NCBI GenBank assembly: GCA_012295275.1 | Contig: CM022679.1 | Location: forward strand, 18,042,001-18,106,000 | DNA: 64,000 nt | Direction of reading: 5' to 3' | DNA from: Chrysomallon squamiferum | Lineage: Eukaryota; Animalia; Mollusca | Shown here: positions 1 through 13,700 of the stretch, in pieces | Layout: every line of letters begins with the position of its first letter | How positions within the stretch are numbered: position 1 is the first letter of the stretch | Program-made: the position numbers and the translations under genes | Notes under the pieces: generated by a model | What the model was told of the DNA's origin: nothing | The model's database searches: none | What the model saw: only the letters and a program-made list of their open reading frames with translations

Positions 1-1771
1 CAAAGTTTGCACAGCCATTTAGTTTATTTTGTAAATAGATTCATTAATTCTTTTTCATTATATCTAGTGATCTTGTTCATTTTGATCATTAGATATCTGA
101 AATGTATATATATTATTTGATCTGGGGGAGTCTTCAAATCATCATTCTTATCATTGAAATATTCAGATAAATAGGTCTGTGAATTATTGACTACCTACAG
201 TAAGCAGACTTGTGTTCTTGACCCATTAGTTGTATACATTGATCATTATAACAGATATGCTTAATAATGTTAATCACACATCATTTCATCTCAGCTTTAA
301 TATAATTGTAATACGGTAGGTAGCTAATTTCAATTAAATAATTAACATTTTTTATTTTATTTAATGGTCAATTTTAAATTTAATATATTAAAATGAAATA
401 ATTTGAAATAGAAATTATTCAATAACTTTTTAATGAATATCTGTGATATATGAATGCATGAAAACAATGGTCTTTGGACATGGTATATGTATATGCCATG
501 TATATGCATACCCAGATGTGTATTTGTGATATGAACATAGTCATCTATCCAAATTCATGTGGCTTTCAAAAATGTATGACTTTACAGCTATACAATATAG
601 TATTGAATGTAGTGTGTATGTGGAGTGTAATTTATTTTTAGATGGGTATTACACTGTTACTGCCAAATGATTGTCCAGATAGAAAGAAAAGACACTGAAC
701 AAAAGAAAAATGTAATTATTATCAAGTGGTTTATTAATGAATTAGTTAATGTTTTATATTGTATGTTTAATTATTATGATTATGTGGTTTCAGAATGTAT
801 GTGTTAGTATGTTTTACATAACATGAAATGTTTGGTTGTGATGCTGTCTGTAAGCATAAAATATTAGATTGATTGTATTTTGAGAGAAAGAATATGCATA
901 TATTACTCCTTTAAGATACCTATCTTGTGGTTACATATTGCCCATGTGAATATAGTTTCCAGATCAGTTTAAAGAATAAATGAATACAAATATTTACAAT
1001 GTACAGTATGGATAGCATTTTATAGTGCTCAGCATTATTGTTGCAAAGTGATTTTGATCTTTGTGAAAGCTTGTCTCTTAATAATCTTGAGAATGCAGGT
1101 CATATATTGGTATGTGATAATCTAAACTCATGTACTGTGTGTCCAGCTAGAGTTAAGTATAATAGATATGTCACTGCATGTCAATCAAACAAATAATACA
1201 TTTGAAAAATAGACGACGATATGTTGATTCAGTGTGTATAACTGTACACTGGTTTAGTTTGTTAGTATTAGATTTTCAGCAGTATTGTGCAGTTTCATTT
1301 ACTCACTCTTGGTATGGTTATTTTTTTTAAATAGTAATCATTTACTATGAGCCCATAATTGTGTTTTCGTGATCAAGTTAGAATAAATTCGATTTTGTGT
1401 CAAAAAAGGTGGAAAAAGACTTTAAACACTGAGCTTAGAATTGTTTAGTATTTTATGAAGGATTCCAGTTTGTAATATTTCTTAGATGATAAATATCTGT
1501 TAGTAATTGTTTTTTCATTTTTAGTTTGTATAACAGGCTATGGAAGCATTGAGTTTTAATGTTTTAATTTATGATTTAAAAAAAAAAAGAAAAAAAATCC
1601 TATATGTATAAAATAAAGTTTATAATGTCAATGAAAAAAAGAAGACTGAAAAAGACACAGCATGTGCAAAATACTTATTGGTTTTAAATAATTTTAAACA
1701 GACAAAGCTTGTACAAATGTTGTTATTGACCTATACCTTATATATGTTCTGAAATTTGTATTTAATTTTAG

Positions 1772-1814
1772 GGTGCCATCCTGACCACAATGCTGGCAAC
1801 AAGAAATTTTTCAA
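1772..1814 (+). CDS. CaMKII: CaMKII exon: end of calmodulin-binding segment (Thr305/306 equivalents)
   Basis: tttag|GGT...TCA A|gtaagt; [14 protein letters not shown]; 43 nt, ends phase 1. Confidence 0.97.
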
Positions 1815-4800
1815 GTAAGTAAATTTTAAACTGGAATTGTCCATTCCAGTCTTGTTCGTATATCTGTTACAATGTAAAGGTGTGTGAAATTGAATACTTG
1901 CAGAAACTAGGCATTAATTTTTACAATACTTCAAACATTCTTAATAAAAAAAAATATTAGGTTTCCTATTGAAATTTCATTTAATATAATATATTTGTGT
2001 TTTCCATTTTGGAGGTTAACTGTATCCTTAATCTCCGATTTGAATTTCATATAAACCTATCTGACATTTCCTATTTAATTAAAATTATAGCAGTGTCCTC
2101 CTGTTGGAGTGAAATTTGCATGTATAGTAAGTTGAATAAAACGGTAAAACAAGCAAATTTGTTACAGCAGTTGTTTCTAATAACTGTTAATTTATAATTG
2201 TTTCTGAAATTGTTCAGCACAACTGAAATACTACAGTCAAATTTCTTTTCATTATAATGATATGATTAGGACATATAAACCAGGGAAGTAAATTTTTAAT
2301 GGATTTAACTTTTAAGAAAAAAATAATTTTTATTTATTTGTTTTTCAAAATGGTATATGACTTCAGATTTTACTTTTTTTTTTTTTTTTTTTTTTTTTGT
2401 TGTTGTAATGATGTGATAGTTTTAACATTACCTATAATAGTTACATTTGACAAAACTGAACTTCAGTTGCATTTTACCTATTAATGTTAAATTTTATTTT
2501 TAATACTTACCTTATTTGCATCTCTGTTATTTTATTAATAAATCTATTAGTATTTATTTATTTCTTTAAGAAGAATTTTTATTACTAATCTTAAATTACA
2601 AAATATATTTGATTTTTTCACTATTCATATTATATTATTTTTAATTTTTACAGCAGAATTATAAAAATTAATCCCACTGAATTTGTCTTTTGATAAATTA
2701 AGTTTTTGTTGTTGATATTTTTACACTTTGTACAACTCAGATTCACATGTATTTGTCTTTCAAGAACTGACATGAAACCATAGACTCCAACAAAAAGAAA
2801 TGTACAATAATAATAATATCACAATATCATTTCTATAAACAGCTATTTCAGGAGAAAAAAAATATTTATATCATTAATGTAAATACTGTTAGAATTACTT
2901 AAAGCAATATTATGTTAATATAAACAGCTAATTCAGAATAATAATGACTGACATAGTTGGTTACATTATTAAATGTAATTAATGTAAACATGGTATCACA
3001 GTATGAATGCTGTAGAGAGCTGTTTCAAGAAAACTGTAAAAGCCATTGTGTCACAATATCATAACTATAAATATCTACATATGCATAATAAACATAGCCA
3101 CAGTATCATAATACCATTAATAACATTATTTCAAGGTAACAATGGTATCATTGTTATACAGCATTTTTGTATTGCAATATCCTCTGTGTTGATTATAAAC
3201 TGGAATATATTTATAATTATTATTATTATTTTTTTATTATTATTCTTTTCTTGCTGTTTTGTTTAATATTTGAACTGATTAAAAATTTAAGAGAGATAAA
3301 TATTAAGAAATGAACGATATGGTTTTTATTGGCAAAGCATGTGACAGTCATTTTTAATCCTGACTTTCTTCTTTCAGGACTTTCCCACACTAGATAAACA
3401 TAGTACAAAGAGATATATTTATCAGTAGAATAATGAATATAAAAGATGTAACAGTAGTAAATAATATGATAATATCTCATTAGTAGAAACATTAATATGG
3501 AGAATGTCACAGTAGTAGAATCATGAATATGGAGAATGTTACAGTAGTAGAATCATGAATATAGAGATATCTCAATAGCAAAAATCATGAATAAAGATAA
3601 CATCTCAGTAATGGAAACCTGAATGTAGAGAATATCACACTAGCAGAAACATGAATATAGGGAATACCCAATAGTGGAATCATGAATATAGAGAATATTT
3701 CAGTAATAGAAACATGAATATGGAGAATGTCTCAAAAAAGAGACATGACTAGTAGAAAAACAAATACAGAAAACATTAGCTTTAAAAAGAATGATATATG
3801 GGTTTATCATAATTATAGAGGGTTTATCACAGTTGCAGAAACTTGAGTGTAAGACTTCCTTGTTGTTACAGAAACAAAAGCAGGTTAATAAAATGCAGGC
3901 TGCTTATATATAATAATACTTGTAATGTGATTGTTTTTAATGTTTTTAATTGTTTTCATACACAACTGATAATGGAAATGACTTAATCCAGTATTACAAA
4001 TTTTAATGGATAGTACATAGACATTCATTATAGTTACCGGGGGGGGGAGTACAATTTGTAATTGTTTTGTTTGTTTATTTTTTTGTTTGTTTAATATCTC
4101 TTATCAGTGAAAAAAACCACCTTTATAATTTGTGGCTAAATATAAAAATTAATTGTACTAATGATTATATCAGTCATATAATTGAAAGTAATAATACCAG
4201 TTGGTTTAAATTTAAATATTTCTTTTTTATATAGTTAAAAATAATGTTTCTGGGATAATCCATTAATGTTGTGCAGATAGTTGAACATATGCAGATCATC
4301 TGATTGTTGTCCTGTGTAAATTCTTCCATTGTGGAGAATGTCTCCTCACTAATTATCTTCGTATGTACTATATTATTAGACAGCATGATTGGATTTATAA
4401 CTGTCATCTATTGTTTTCTTTTCTGCTGTCTGTCTTTCCTATAGTAAACAAAGGTAAGTTTATCAGTATAAATATCTATGCATAGCCTTTCCTTTTAATA
4501 CATGCATGTTCATAAGCCTACGGACAATGCTTTCTTAGAATTATTGTTAACGTTTTCCCTATTTAGAACTAACTTCTAGCTAATTTTATTCAAGAATTGT
4601 AACTATGTAATATAGAAATGAAATGTAAAGTATAATATAGAAATTAAAAGTTTTAGACTAAAGTTTAGATTAAGTATTTTGAAGGAATGATAATAGTAGC
4701 ATCTGTTAATGCATTGTCTTTGTTTTGTTTGATAATAGTGGACCTGTTTTATAATTATTTGTCCTAACATGTATTCAACTGTCAATGTTTGTTTAATTAA

Positions 4801-7800
4801 CTAGTTTTATGAATTAATACCATTTTAAAAAAAAAAATAACTTTAAAAATATTATCTTGTAATGCTTGAAGATGTCTTTTCAAATTAGCAATGATTTTAA
4901 ACACAAAACCTAAAACATCATGGTAAGCATGATCAGGCCAGAATTTTCTCAAGTAAATATAATGTGAAAATAACAAACTATGATTATAGCAATGAATTTA
5001 AATCCACTGACATAATGTTTTCCAAATTTAATCTGGTATGGTATAATTATCATTGCCGGAACTCTAATTTTAAAACTTAATTAATTTGTCTCATTATGCT
5101 TTTTGAATTGTTGAATCTTCTGCATGAAATACACATTGAATAACATTACTGGACTCAGATTAACTTGGTGTCATATTGTTGAAAGATTATCTCACAAAAA
5201 CAGATGGATTGTTTTCAGAACTGACTTTGAATAGAATATGTCATGGGTTTTTCACTGGAAATATATTTAATGTTTCTATGCTTTGTAGAGTCTGAGGCCA
5301 TTTCTTTAAATACTCAAACAGAATTTTTCTTAAGTAATATTAATGGTTTCAACACTTTATAGAAAGTAGATGTGAATATTACCAACATGGAAGACAAAAA
5401 GTATCATTCTACGAAAATGTTTCAAGATCAGTCATGAAAAAGAAAGATAATATATTATAATCCAGTTTAGAATTTGATAAATTTTTTAAATTTATTTACT
5501 ACCTAAACAGAATATATTGACCTATATTCTTTAAAGATATATATTATAACTATATGGTATTTTATTTTGTATGTGTGTTTAGACTTAGTTATCAGATAAT
5601 AGCCATATGAAATAGTTTCAGGAGACTGGCTTATAAAATAACTGAAATATGAGTGTTGTACACATATTTCTGTCGTTTTATTCCACCTAATAATGGTTTT
5701 AGAAAGTCCACCAATTCTTCAGTAATGCACTCCTGCCATTCCATGTTTTAGATAAACCAGTATGTTGGCAATATGTGAATGATGTAGAGATAAAATTAAA
5801 TAGGGAGGGAAGAGCTTCCTGAAAAGACATTGTTCTAAAGTTACTAAATAGCCAAATCACTGCACTGTTAAACTTTGGTGATGCTGAACCAAACAAAACC
5901 ATAACAATCCCTGTTGACAAAAGTTCAGTTATCATATCAGCACATCTTGCAGTAGATGATGACTTCAAATTAGCAAGGAGCAAAATGACAAGAAACTGAA
6001 GCTGGACAAATAGGCCCTCTCAACCCTAATCTGTTGTTATCTTTGCACCATAGTGTATTAATTGCAATACAGTTCACACTTTTAGGATAATTATAAGGAA
6101 ATCATTTTCAAAATATATCAGCACACTGATGGATAAATGAATACAATAATACTAACGCTCATTGAATATGGATCACAACATAAAATATTTATTTCTTCAC
6201 GGTTCAGTAAATTTAATATAAAATTTTACTTTAGTCTTTACGATCACAAACATAATGTTAAAAGAAATTCTGAACTTTTTGAAGAATTATGATTCATAAT
6301 CTTAATAATATTTGAATATCTCATAGCATCTTTATTGTAATTCACATAATAATTTTTATCATTATCATTATTTCTTTTTTATTATTATCTTTTTTCAATA
6401 ATTAATTGTAACCTTTTTACAGATGCATAAAAATCATCGGTAAAGCTAATTTTATACTGCATCCAGACAAACTCAATTCACTCAATTAATAATTTGTCAT
6501 TCTTTTGTCATCCTTGTTTCAAAATTATTATGTTTGAATGGATGAAAATTATTTGTTTAAAATGCATTGTTTCTTTCTTTAAGAAGAATTTTTTATTATT
6601 AATCTTAAATTACAAAATATATTTGACTTTTTCACTAATTATTCTCAAGTATTCATATTATATTTTTAATTTTTACAGTAGAATTATAAAAATAACCTGA
6701 CTAATATTCTGCTTAACCATTCAATACAAACAGCTGAATGGAACACACTGGCAAAATAATTGTGTAAATGTTACACCAAATTGTTTCAACCTATTTTTAT
6801 TGACTTTAGAATGCTTGATTTATTCTGTTTTAGGCCCAACATGGATAAAAAGTGCATAAATCGAAAAGGTTTATGTTTATTGCACTAACATTGCATTGTG
6901 GTGGGGGGGGACAATTTATTTCAGTATGGGGAAGTCACCATCAAGCAATGTTTCTACAAACATGTTTTGTGAACATCATTCATGCATTACATTTTACAAT
7001 TATGGGGTTAACTCTACAAGCTTTTTTCATGTAAACAGACTTCATCACATATAAGTTCCATATGTTAGCTTCATTTGTATGTCTAATATAAAAGCTTTTG
7101 ACAATTTTCAAGCTACAGACTTCTTTCAAAAAGATATCACTGTAAAATAGCAATTTTTCATCTTTTAAAAAACTGCAGAATTGAGGGTCAAAACAACATC
7201 ACTAACTTCTTGATTTGAAAGTGTCTTCACCAGAGCAGGTTTTCTGGAGAAATCAAAATATGAAACCATAAACTACTATTATTATAAATATATTATTACA
7301 GGTATTTATTTATTATTGAACAAAAATATGATACTTTTTGGGTGTATATTTCATTTAAAAAGTGCTGTAAAATACAAAAACAATATTATATTTAATAAAC
7401 ATGATGCTCTATGTATGTGTGATCTTTTTTTTGTCTTACTGGTCAATATCTTTTATGATTTCAACCAGATCAGTTTTCATCAATCACCTTTTTCTTTCTT
7501 TTTTAAATCTGGAACTAGCTCAAAAAAGAAAGAAAGAAGGGGGGGGAAAAAAAGAAGAAAATTCCTAAGTGTCCTGATATTTATAATTTCCACTGAATTC
7601 TGAATTCTGTTCTTTATTTTTTCATTAAAAACATCTTTTTCTTCTGAACCTGTATGAGATCTTATCATGCATGACACAGCTTAACAATTTTAATTAATAA
7701 TATCTTTTCGTATAATTGTTTTAGATAATTCAGTTGAGCATTCAGTTTCCATTTCAGTTAGCTTTATTTAAAAGGATTTAGGACCTTATTTTCAAGTTGC

Positions 7801-8252
7801 ATCGTTTTTATCATTTATAAAACTTGAAAGACAAAGATCTCATCAGATACAGAATGTTTTAATCCACCATATCACAAATAAGCATCTTGTTAGTTATATT
7901 TATTTCTGAGATTATCTAATTTTAAATAATTATACTAAGTTTATTAGAAAACAAACAATGTTTTGATCATTATTTAAAGTCAGGTCTATGTTAGTTTAGA
8001 ACTTGAATAATTTGCTTCACAATCCAAAGTTACAATATAATTCATAGCAGATTCAGTATTTTTTTTAATTTGTTTTATAATCAGAGTTGGTACCTGATAT
8101 TGTGTGTATGTATCAATACAATTACAATCTGCGGATAATTGTTTTTCACAAAGTCTCATTCATTTTTTTTTTATCTCTCTCTTACCATCACTCCTTCACT
8201 CATTTCTGATTACCATAAATCATACAGATTAAACATACACACCTATGCTTGT

Positions 8253-8293
<41 letters not shown>

Positions 8294-10686
8294 GAGACAC
8301 ACATTTACAAATGCACAAAGAAGTGTTAACACAGTTCACTGATTTGGTCATTTCATAACCAGGTAATGTGCACCATGCTGGGGACAATGGCACTAAACTA
8401 CCCACAGGTATGTTGTTATTTGTGATGAGTGTTAGCAGTGTGTTTGGCTTGTGAGTGCAGTACTTCCACCTGTGTTCCCAATGCTAATTCACCTGTCTAA
8501 CCCTTATATCTGTAAAGAATGAATAGCAAGCAAAATAGTTTATATTTTATCAAACTATCTACTTTAATCTGTACATTTTTATGTTTATTTTTTTATTATT
8601 ATTTTTTTTAATGTTGGAGTATCAAAATGAAAAAGGTTTCATTTAGTTAGAATATATATTAAATTTTTCAGTTAAATGTTATATCTAAAAACTGGTTAAT
8701 ATATATGTGTGTGTGTGTGCGTGCACTTCATAATTTCTAATCACAGTAACACTGAAAAAATCTAAATATAGAACAATTTAACTGCATTTTAAAACAACCA
8801 ACAAAAATTGGTATTTGAAATACATTTCTAAAGTAAACAAAAATAAATAAATAAATAAATAAAATTTAGAGGTATATTCATTGTTTGTGTGTTTTTTTTT
8901 TTTGTTGTGTTGTTGTTTTTGGGTAGATTAATTTTGATTTCTTTTCTTTTCTTTTAAAAAAAAAAAAAAAAATTCAACTTTTCATATTTCATTTATTCAA
9001 GCATTCTGAGAATTCTGCTTATCCATTCTTTCACTGCATGATGTTTAAGTTGATCATTTGTTAAAATGAACAAAAAAATTACATGTTAACTGAAGGCATG
9101 TGCTCTGTTATTGTTGGTTGTTTCAGTGTTATTTTTGTTACACTACTCAATAATATCATTCAATCTTTACACTGTTTTCAGTTTAAAAATTTGAAAATTA
9201 AAATTGCTAATCAACATAATTTTGGCAAAATTTGTGTTGAATTTGTTTTATTAATAAAAATTTGTTTTAATTAGCTTTGTAATGTAACATCTATATGAAT
9301 CAAGTAAAATAACTAACAATTATTAAAAATCTTTGCTGTTTTAATATAATGACTGGCTAATTTTAATTTCTTAAGAAAAGCTTATACATGGGGATTATTT
9401 CTTGAAACTCAATCTTCTGATCTTGAGATAACTGACTGAATATTAATTTAATAAAACTTCATCATATTTTAAATTTTGTTAATTATTAATATTTGTATAA
9501 CTTTAAAATTAATGATTTGCAGTTTTCACATTCCAGAAGTTGATAATTGGTTAGCATAAGCAATTATGAGATGAAAACCATTTTTAAATAAATTATTTGA
9601 AAATAGACACGAGTGCAGGATGTAAATTTGTGGGTGATATAAACTAGAAAAGTTGAAAGTTCTAAATGTTTTTTGTTTTTTTTATGTCACTAATAATAAT
9701 TCTTGTCTTATGGCCATTTATTTCATAATTACATATAATTAATTTCTTATGTTAAAGAGAAATTATAATAATTATGTAATATTATCAAAAATAACTATTA
9801 CTTTTTTCTTTATTGACATCCAGAAAGAATTTCAAATTAAAAAAGATCAATTTCTGATATCTTCAGTTCATAATAAAATTTACACAAGTTTTTTTAAATT
9901 TTTGTTTTTGATACACATGTTGTGTTTTAAGTATTAGTAGTTATTATCCATTTATTTATTTAATTTTAATTTTGTATTATTAATTAAAAAAAAATATATT
10001 TTTTTTTTTTTTTTGTTATAAAGTTTAAATAGACAGGATTTCTAACCTGAGTATTTATGGACTTTTAAAAAAAAAAAATTTTTATTTAGGCTTGTGAACT
10101 AAATGGCAGATTTAATGTTAATCTTAACTTTAATCTACATTCATATTTTATTTATTTATTAATTTGTTTGTCTTTGTTATTTTAGAGTTTAATCATTAGC
10201 ATTCTAGTTACCTTTTTGTTTAAATGTTTTTCTGCATTATCAAAAGTATTTCTGAAATTTTTTGAAATTTTAGCTAAATTTTACAAGTAATTTAATTAAT
10301 TTATTTTATTTAAAATGTTTGATTTAAAGGCCACACACCAGTCATGGATGTGTACATGTCTTTTCAGACCAGTGTCTTGTTGTCTCCATTGTTCAGAGTG
10401 TTATTTGTTTAATGAAATTTCTGATTCTACTTAACATCATGACCTTTGAGTCTTTAGGTGAATGGTTGCATTTATAGACTCGCTAGTTTGTTTTGCTAAT
10501 CTATATATACATATACATACCCAGACAAATTATTTTTTGTTTTTGAAAGGGTATAATCAAATAACTGAATGCTTGTTACTTGGAGTTTGGTATTTGTTGA
10601 TTTTTAACAGCTATATATGTATGTGCCCAGGCCAGTAGAACTTTGTTGGATAGTTTGAATTAGGGTTAAAAATTCTGTTGTCTGTG

Positions 10687-10719
<33 letters not shown>

Positions 10720-13700
10720 TTAGCAATATTTTAAAATGTAACCTGTTCTAATAATAAAAATTCTTCATGTAAATTTAGTGGTGTGTAAAAATGGTTACTA
10801 TATCAAGTATATCAGGTATGTTAATAGATATCTCAGGATAGTAAATTCTGTTATGGTGGCTCATAGGTATACAAGTAAGTCTCTCTAAAACACTCTTGTA
10901 AACATCTAATGATTGTATTACATGCTAATAGATATCAGGAATATAAAACAACAAATATAACAATTTTTTTGTTTTAGTTTAAATCTACATAGCTTGAAAA
11001 TCTAAAAGAATTAAATATTTAATGACACAGCTAGGTGTGTATGGATGCCAGATTTTGTTATTAAATAGTGAAATAATTATTTTATTATTAATTTAAATTT
11101 GATAAATATCAACATATTACATCTGAGTGAAAAAAAATGTTCCTTTTACTTGGAAAAAAGTCCTGAAACAAAGTTACTTCTATTGCTGCATTGTATTAAA
11201 CAACTGATATTATCTAAACAGTCTATACATTTTATCTAAAATGTTTATATGTCTAACATATTAATTATTGCCAAAATCTTGTAACTTTGCAACTTTTCAA
11301 TATTTACTCTAATCTAGGTTGAAGTTGTATTTTGTCAGAGACTCATTCTGTTCAGTCTGATATTTCTTAAATGTTATATGTTATCTAAAGCATGCATAAT
11401 AAGAAATAGGTTCCAGCTGCAATGTCATCTAAATACAAATCTAACATCAAAATTAATATCCTTACTGATTTAAAACTTATATATTGTTACCCATCTATTT
11501 TTTCCTACATGTCCATTTTTCTTTAAATATTACCAAACAAATTACTGCAGTATTTCTAGCTTGGCCATTAAGTGCTTATAAAATCTATACATTTTTATAA
11601 GATTTTTTATTAGATTTGTGTTGGTTTCTCTCATTATTATAGACTTCTTTTTGTTTGCCTGTGTGCTCTGTGTCTTGCATTAAATAGTAGCTTGTTCAGT
11701 GTACAGTTTTTGATTTCATATGGTATTAATTTCATAGAATAATTTTTAAATACTGATAATTCATTGTTTTGTAACACATACAACATATATACTTATCAAA
11801 TATACGCACATTATTATACACATATATGCACATACACATAAAAATATACACACATTATTACAAACATACACTCGCACAGACATATATATATACTTATTAA
11901 AGGTACACAGTTTGTAAAATGGTCAGTTTTCCCATGATGTTGTACTTATATTTTTAAACCTTTATTTCCAATTAAAACTGATAGCATTATCTAGCTATTT
12001 TCTTTACTATTTTGTATTTTCCATGAATTCCAAAGCTTAAAAGGTTTTATTTCAATACAGAAATTGTTTTTGTTTTATTTTTTTACAAGAAAATGTCCTT
12101 AATGTTTTGTTGTCCATGAAACTGAATTTCTTGCAGGTAAATTATTTGTGACCGTAAAAAAGTTGTGCTGGCATGTTTCATAATATACATATATATAAAA
12201 ATATTGTCTCACTGTTTACTAAACAAATATTAAACTAACATTCTCTTCACTTTCAAAGGAAAATTTCAATCATTGTTTGTACTTTATTTTACTGAAAAAT
12301 GATCTAAATAACTTTTTGTTTTGAATAAATTGTATTTAATTATTGCTTAAAATTAATCATTCTTCTTAACATGTGTATTTTTTTTTTCACTTATGGTTAA
12401 TATGTCATTTTTGAAATTTTGTGAATTAAACATATTATGCACTAATAAATTTATCAAAATAAACCTAGCAACAACATTTTAGTATTTTTATTATGTTGAA
12501 TTCACTGTAACTCATATTTATATATAGTTTTGTTTAAAATTTCTGTTGATAGTAATTAGTTGATCTGATGTTTTAAATAAAATATAAACTGGTGCAAGTA
12601 GTGTATTTGAAAGCTTCTAACAACATTTTCAGTGTGAATTTTATGCTGAGACCATTTTTTATATATATATATTTCTTTCATTGCAGAAAAAATTTATTCA
12701 GAAAAAAGTAAAGATTCTGTGTATTTTTCATTTTGTGTAAATTAGATCTTGGTTGTAAATTAAAAGCATTGAAATTTTTTTTTTTTTTTTGTTTTACTTT
12801 ATTTAATGCATGATTTATTTGAAAGCCAACAGATTCAAAAAGAAATACGAAATATTTGTTGAATATTAATTAATTTGACACTACAGCTCAAGTTATATAT
12901 TTAGTGTCATTTTTTCTTCTTAATCTTGTCTGAGTATAATAGACATAAAACATTAAAATAAAAATGTTCAGATGTACAAAAACTACAATTAATAAAATGT
13001 TAGTTAAGAAAAAAATGAATTATGTGAAATATTTGTATTGTTTTCCATACCATGATCAATATTTCAAAATAGTTTTATACAAAACTAAAATTACATGGAT
13101 AATTAACGTTAACTGCTGTATCATTATTACCATTAATAAAATTCAGCAGCTTTTTGAAATTTGTAACAATATTTTCAGTTTATGAATGTTAAAACACTTT
13201 ATAACTCTTATCTTAATTTTATATATAAAGTAGACCATAAGATCAATTTTGTGTTACACAATCTGTACCATATTTGTCCTTGATATAATCAGCATTTTTT
13301 TATGGTTGTTCTTGGTAGTTCAGAAAAGCTGGACTGAAATTTGACTGTTTTTAAATAAGAAAATTATTTCTTCTTTAAACAGTTAGTTGTTTGCATTTTT
13401 CAGGCCGCAGTCTAAATGTGAAGAAGAATGATGGAATCAAGGAGTCAACAGACAGCAGTACAATTGAGGATGAAGATACCAAAAGTAAGTGTTTCAAATC
13501 ACCAATATATCATATCATTGAAACCCATCTGACATAATACATTAAGAATGAATAGAAATGAAATACATATATATATAAGATTAATATAGTGGCATTTCTA
13601 CAACTGATTTGACATTTAAATATGCTATATGACATACATTCACCCAAAATAGTTCATATATATTTTATTTTAAATCAGTAATAAATAAAATAATAATAAT

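Noticed and set aside
3420-3760. CRISPR-like appearance of the periodic repeat
   Set aside because: Eukaryotic intron, head-to-tail degenerate units with no unique spacers, and no cas genes.
5699-5983. 94-aa minus-strand ORF, and a possible 57-nt exon at 5703-5759
   Set aside because: The ORF is the antisense shadow of a probable Gypsy fragment; the exon has a stop in the phase CaMKII needs.
10801-10880. AG...GTATGT and AG...GTAAGT pairs resembling microexons
   Set aside because: Lengths of 8 or 38 nt shift the frame or contain a stop, and there is no pyrimidine tract.
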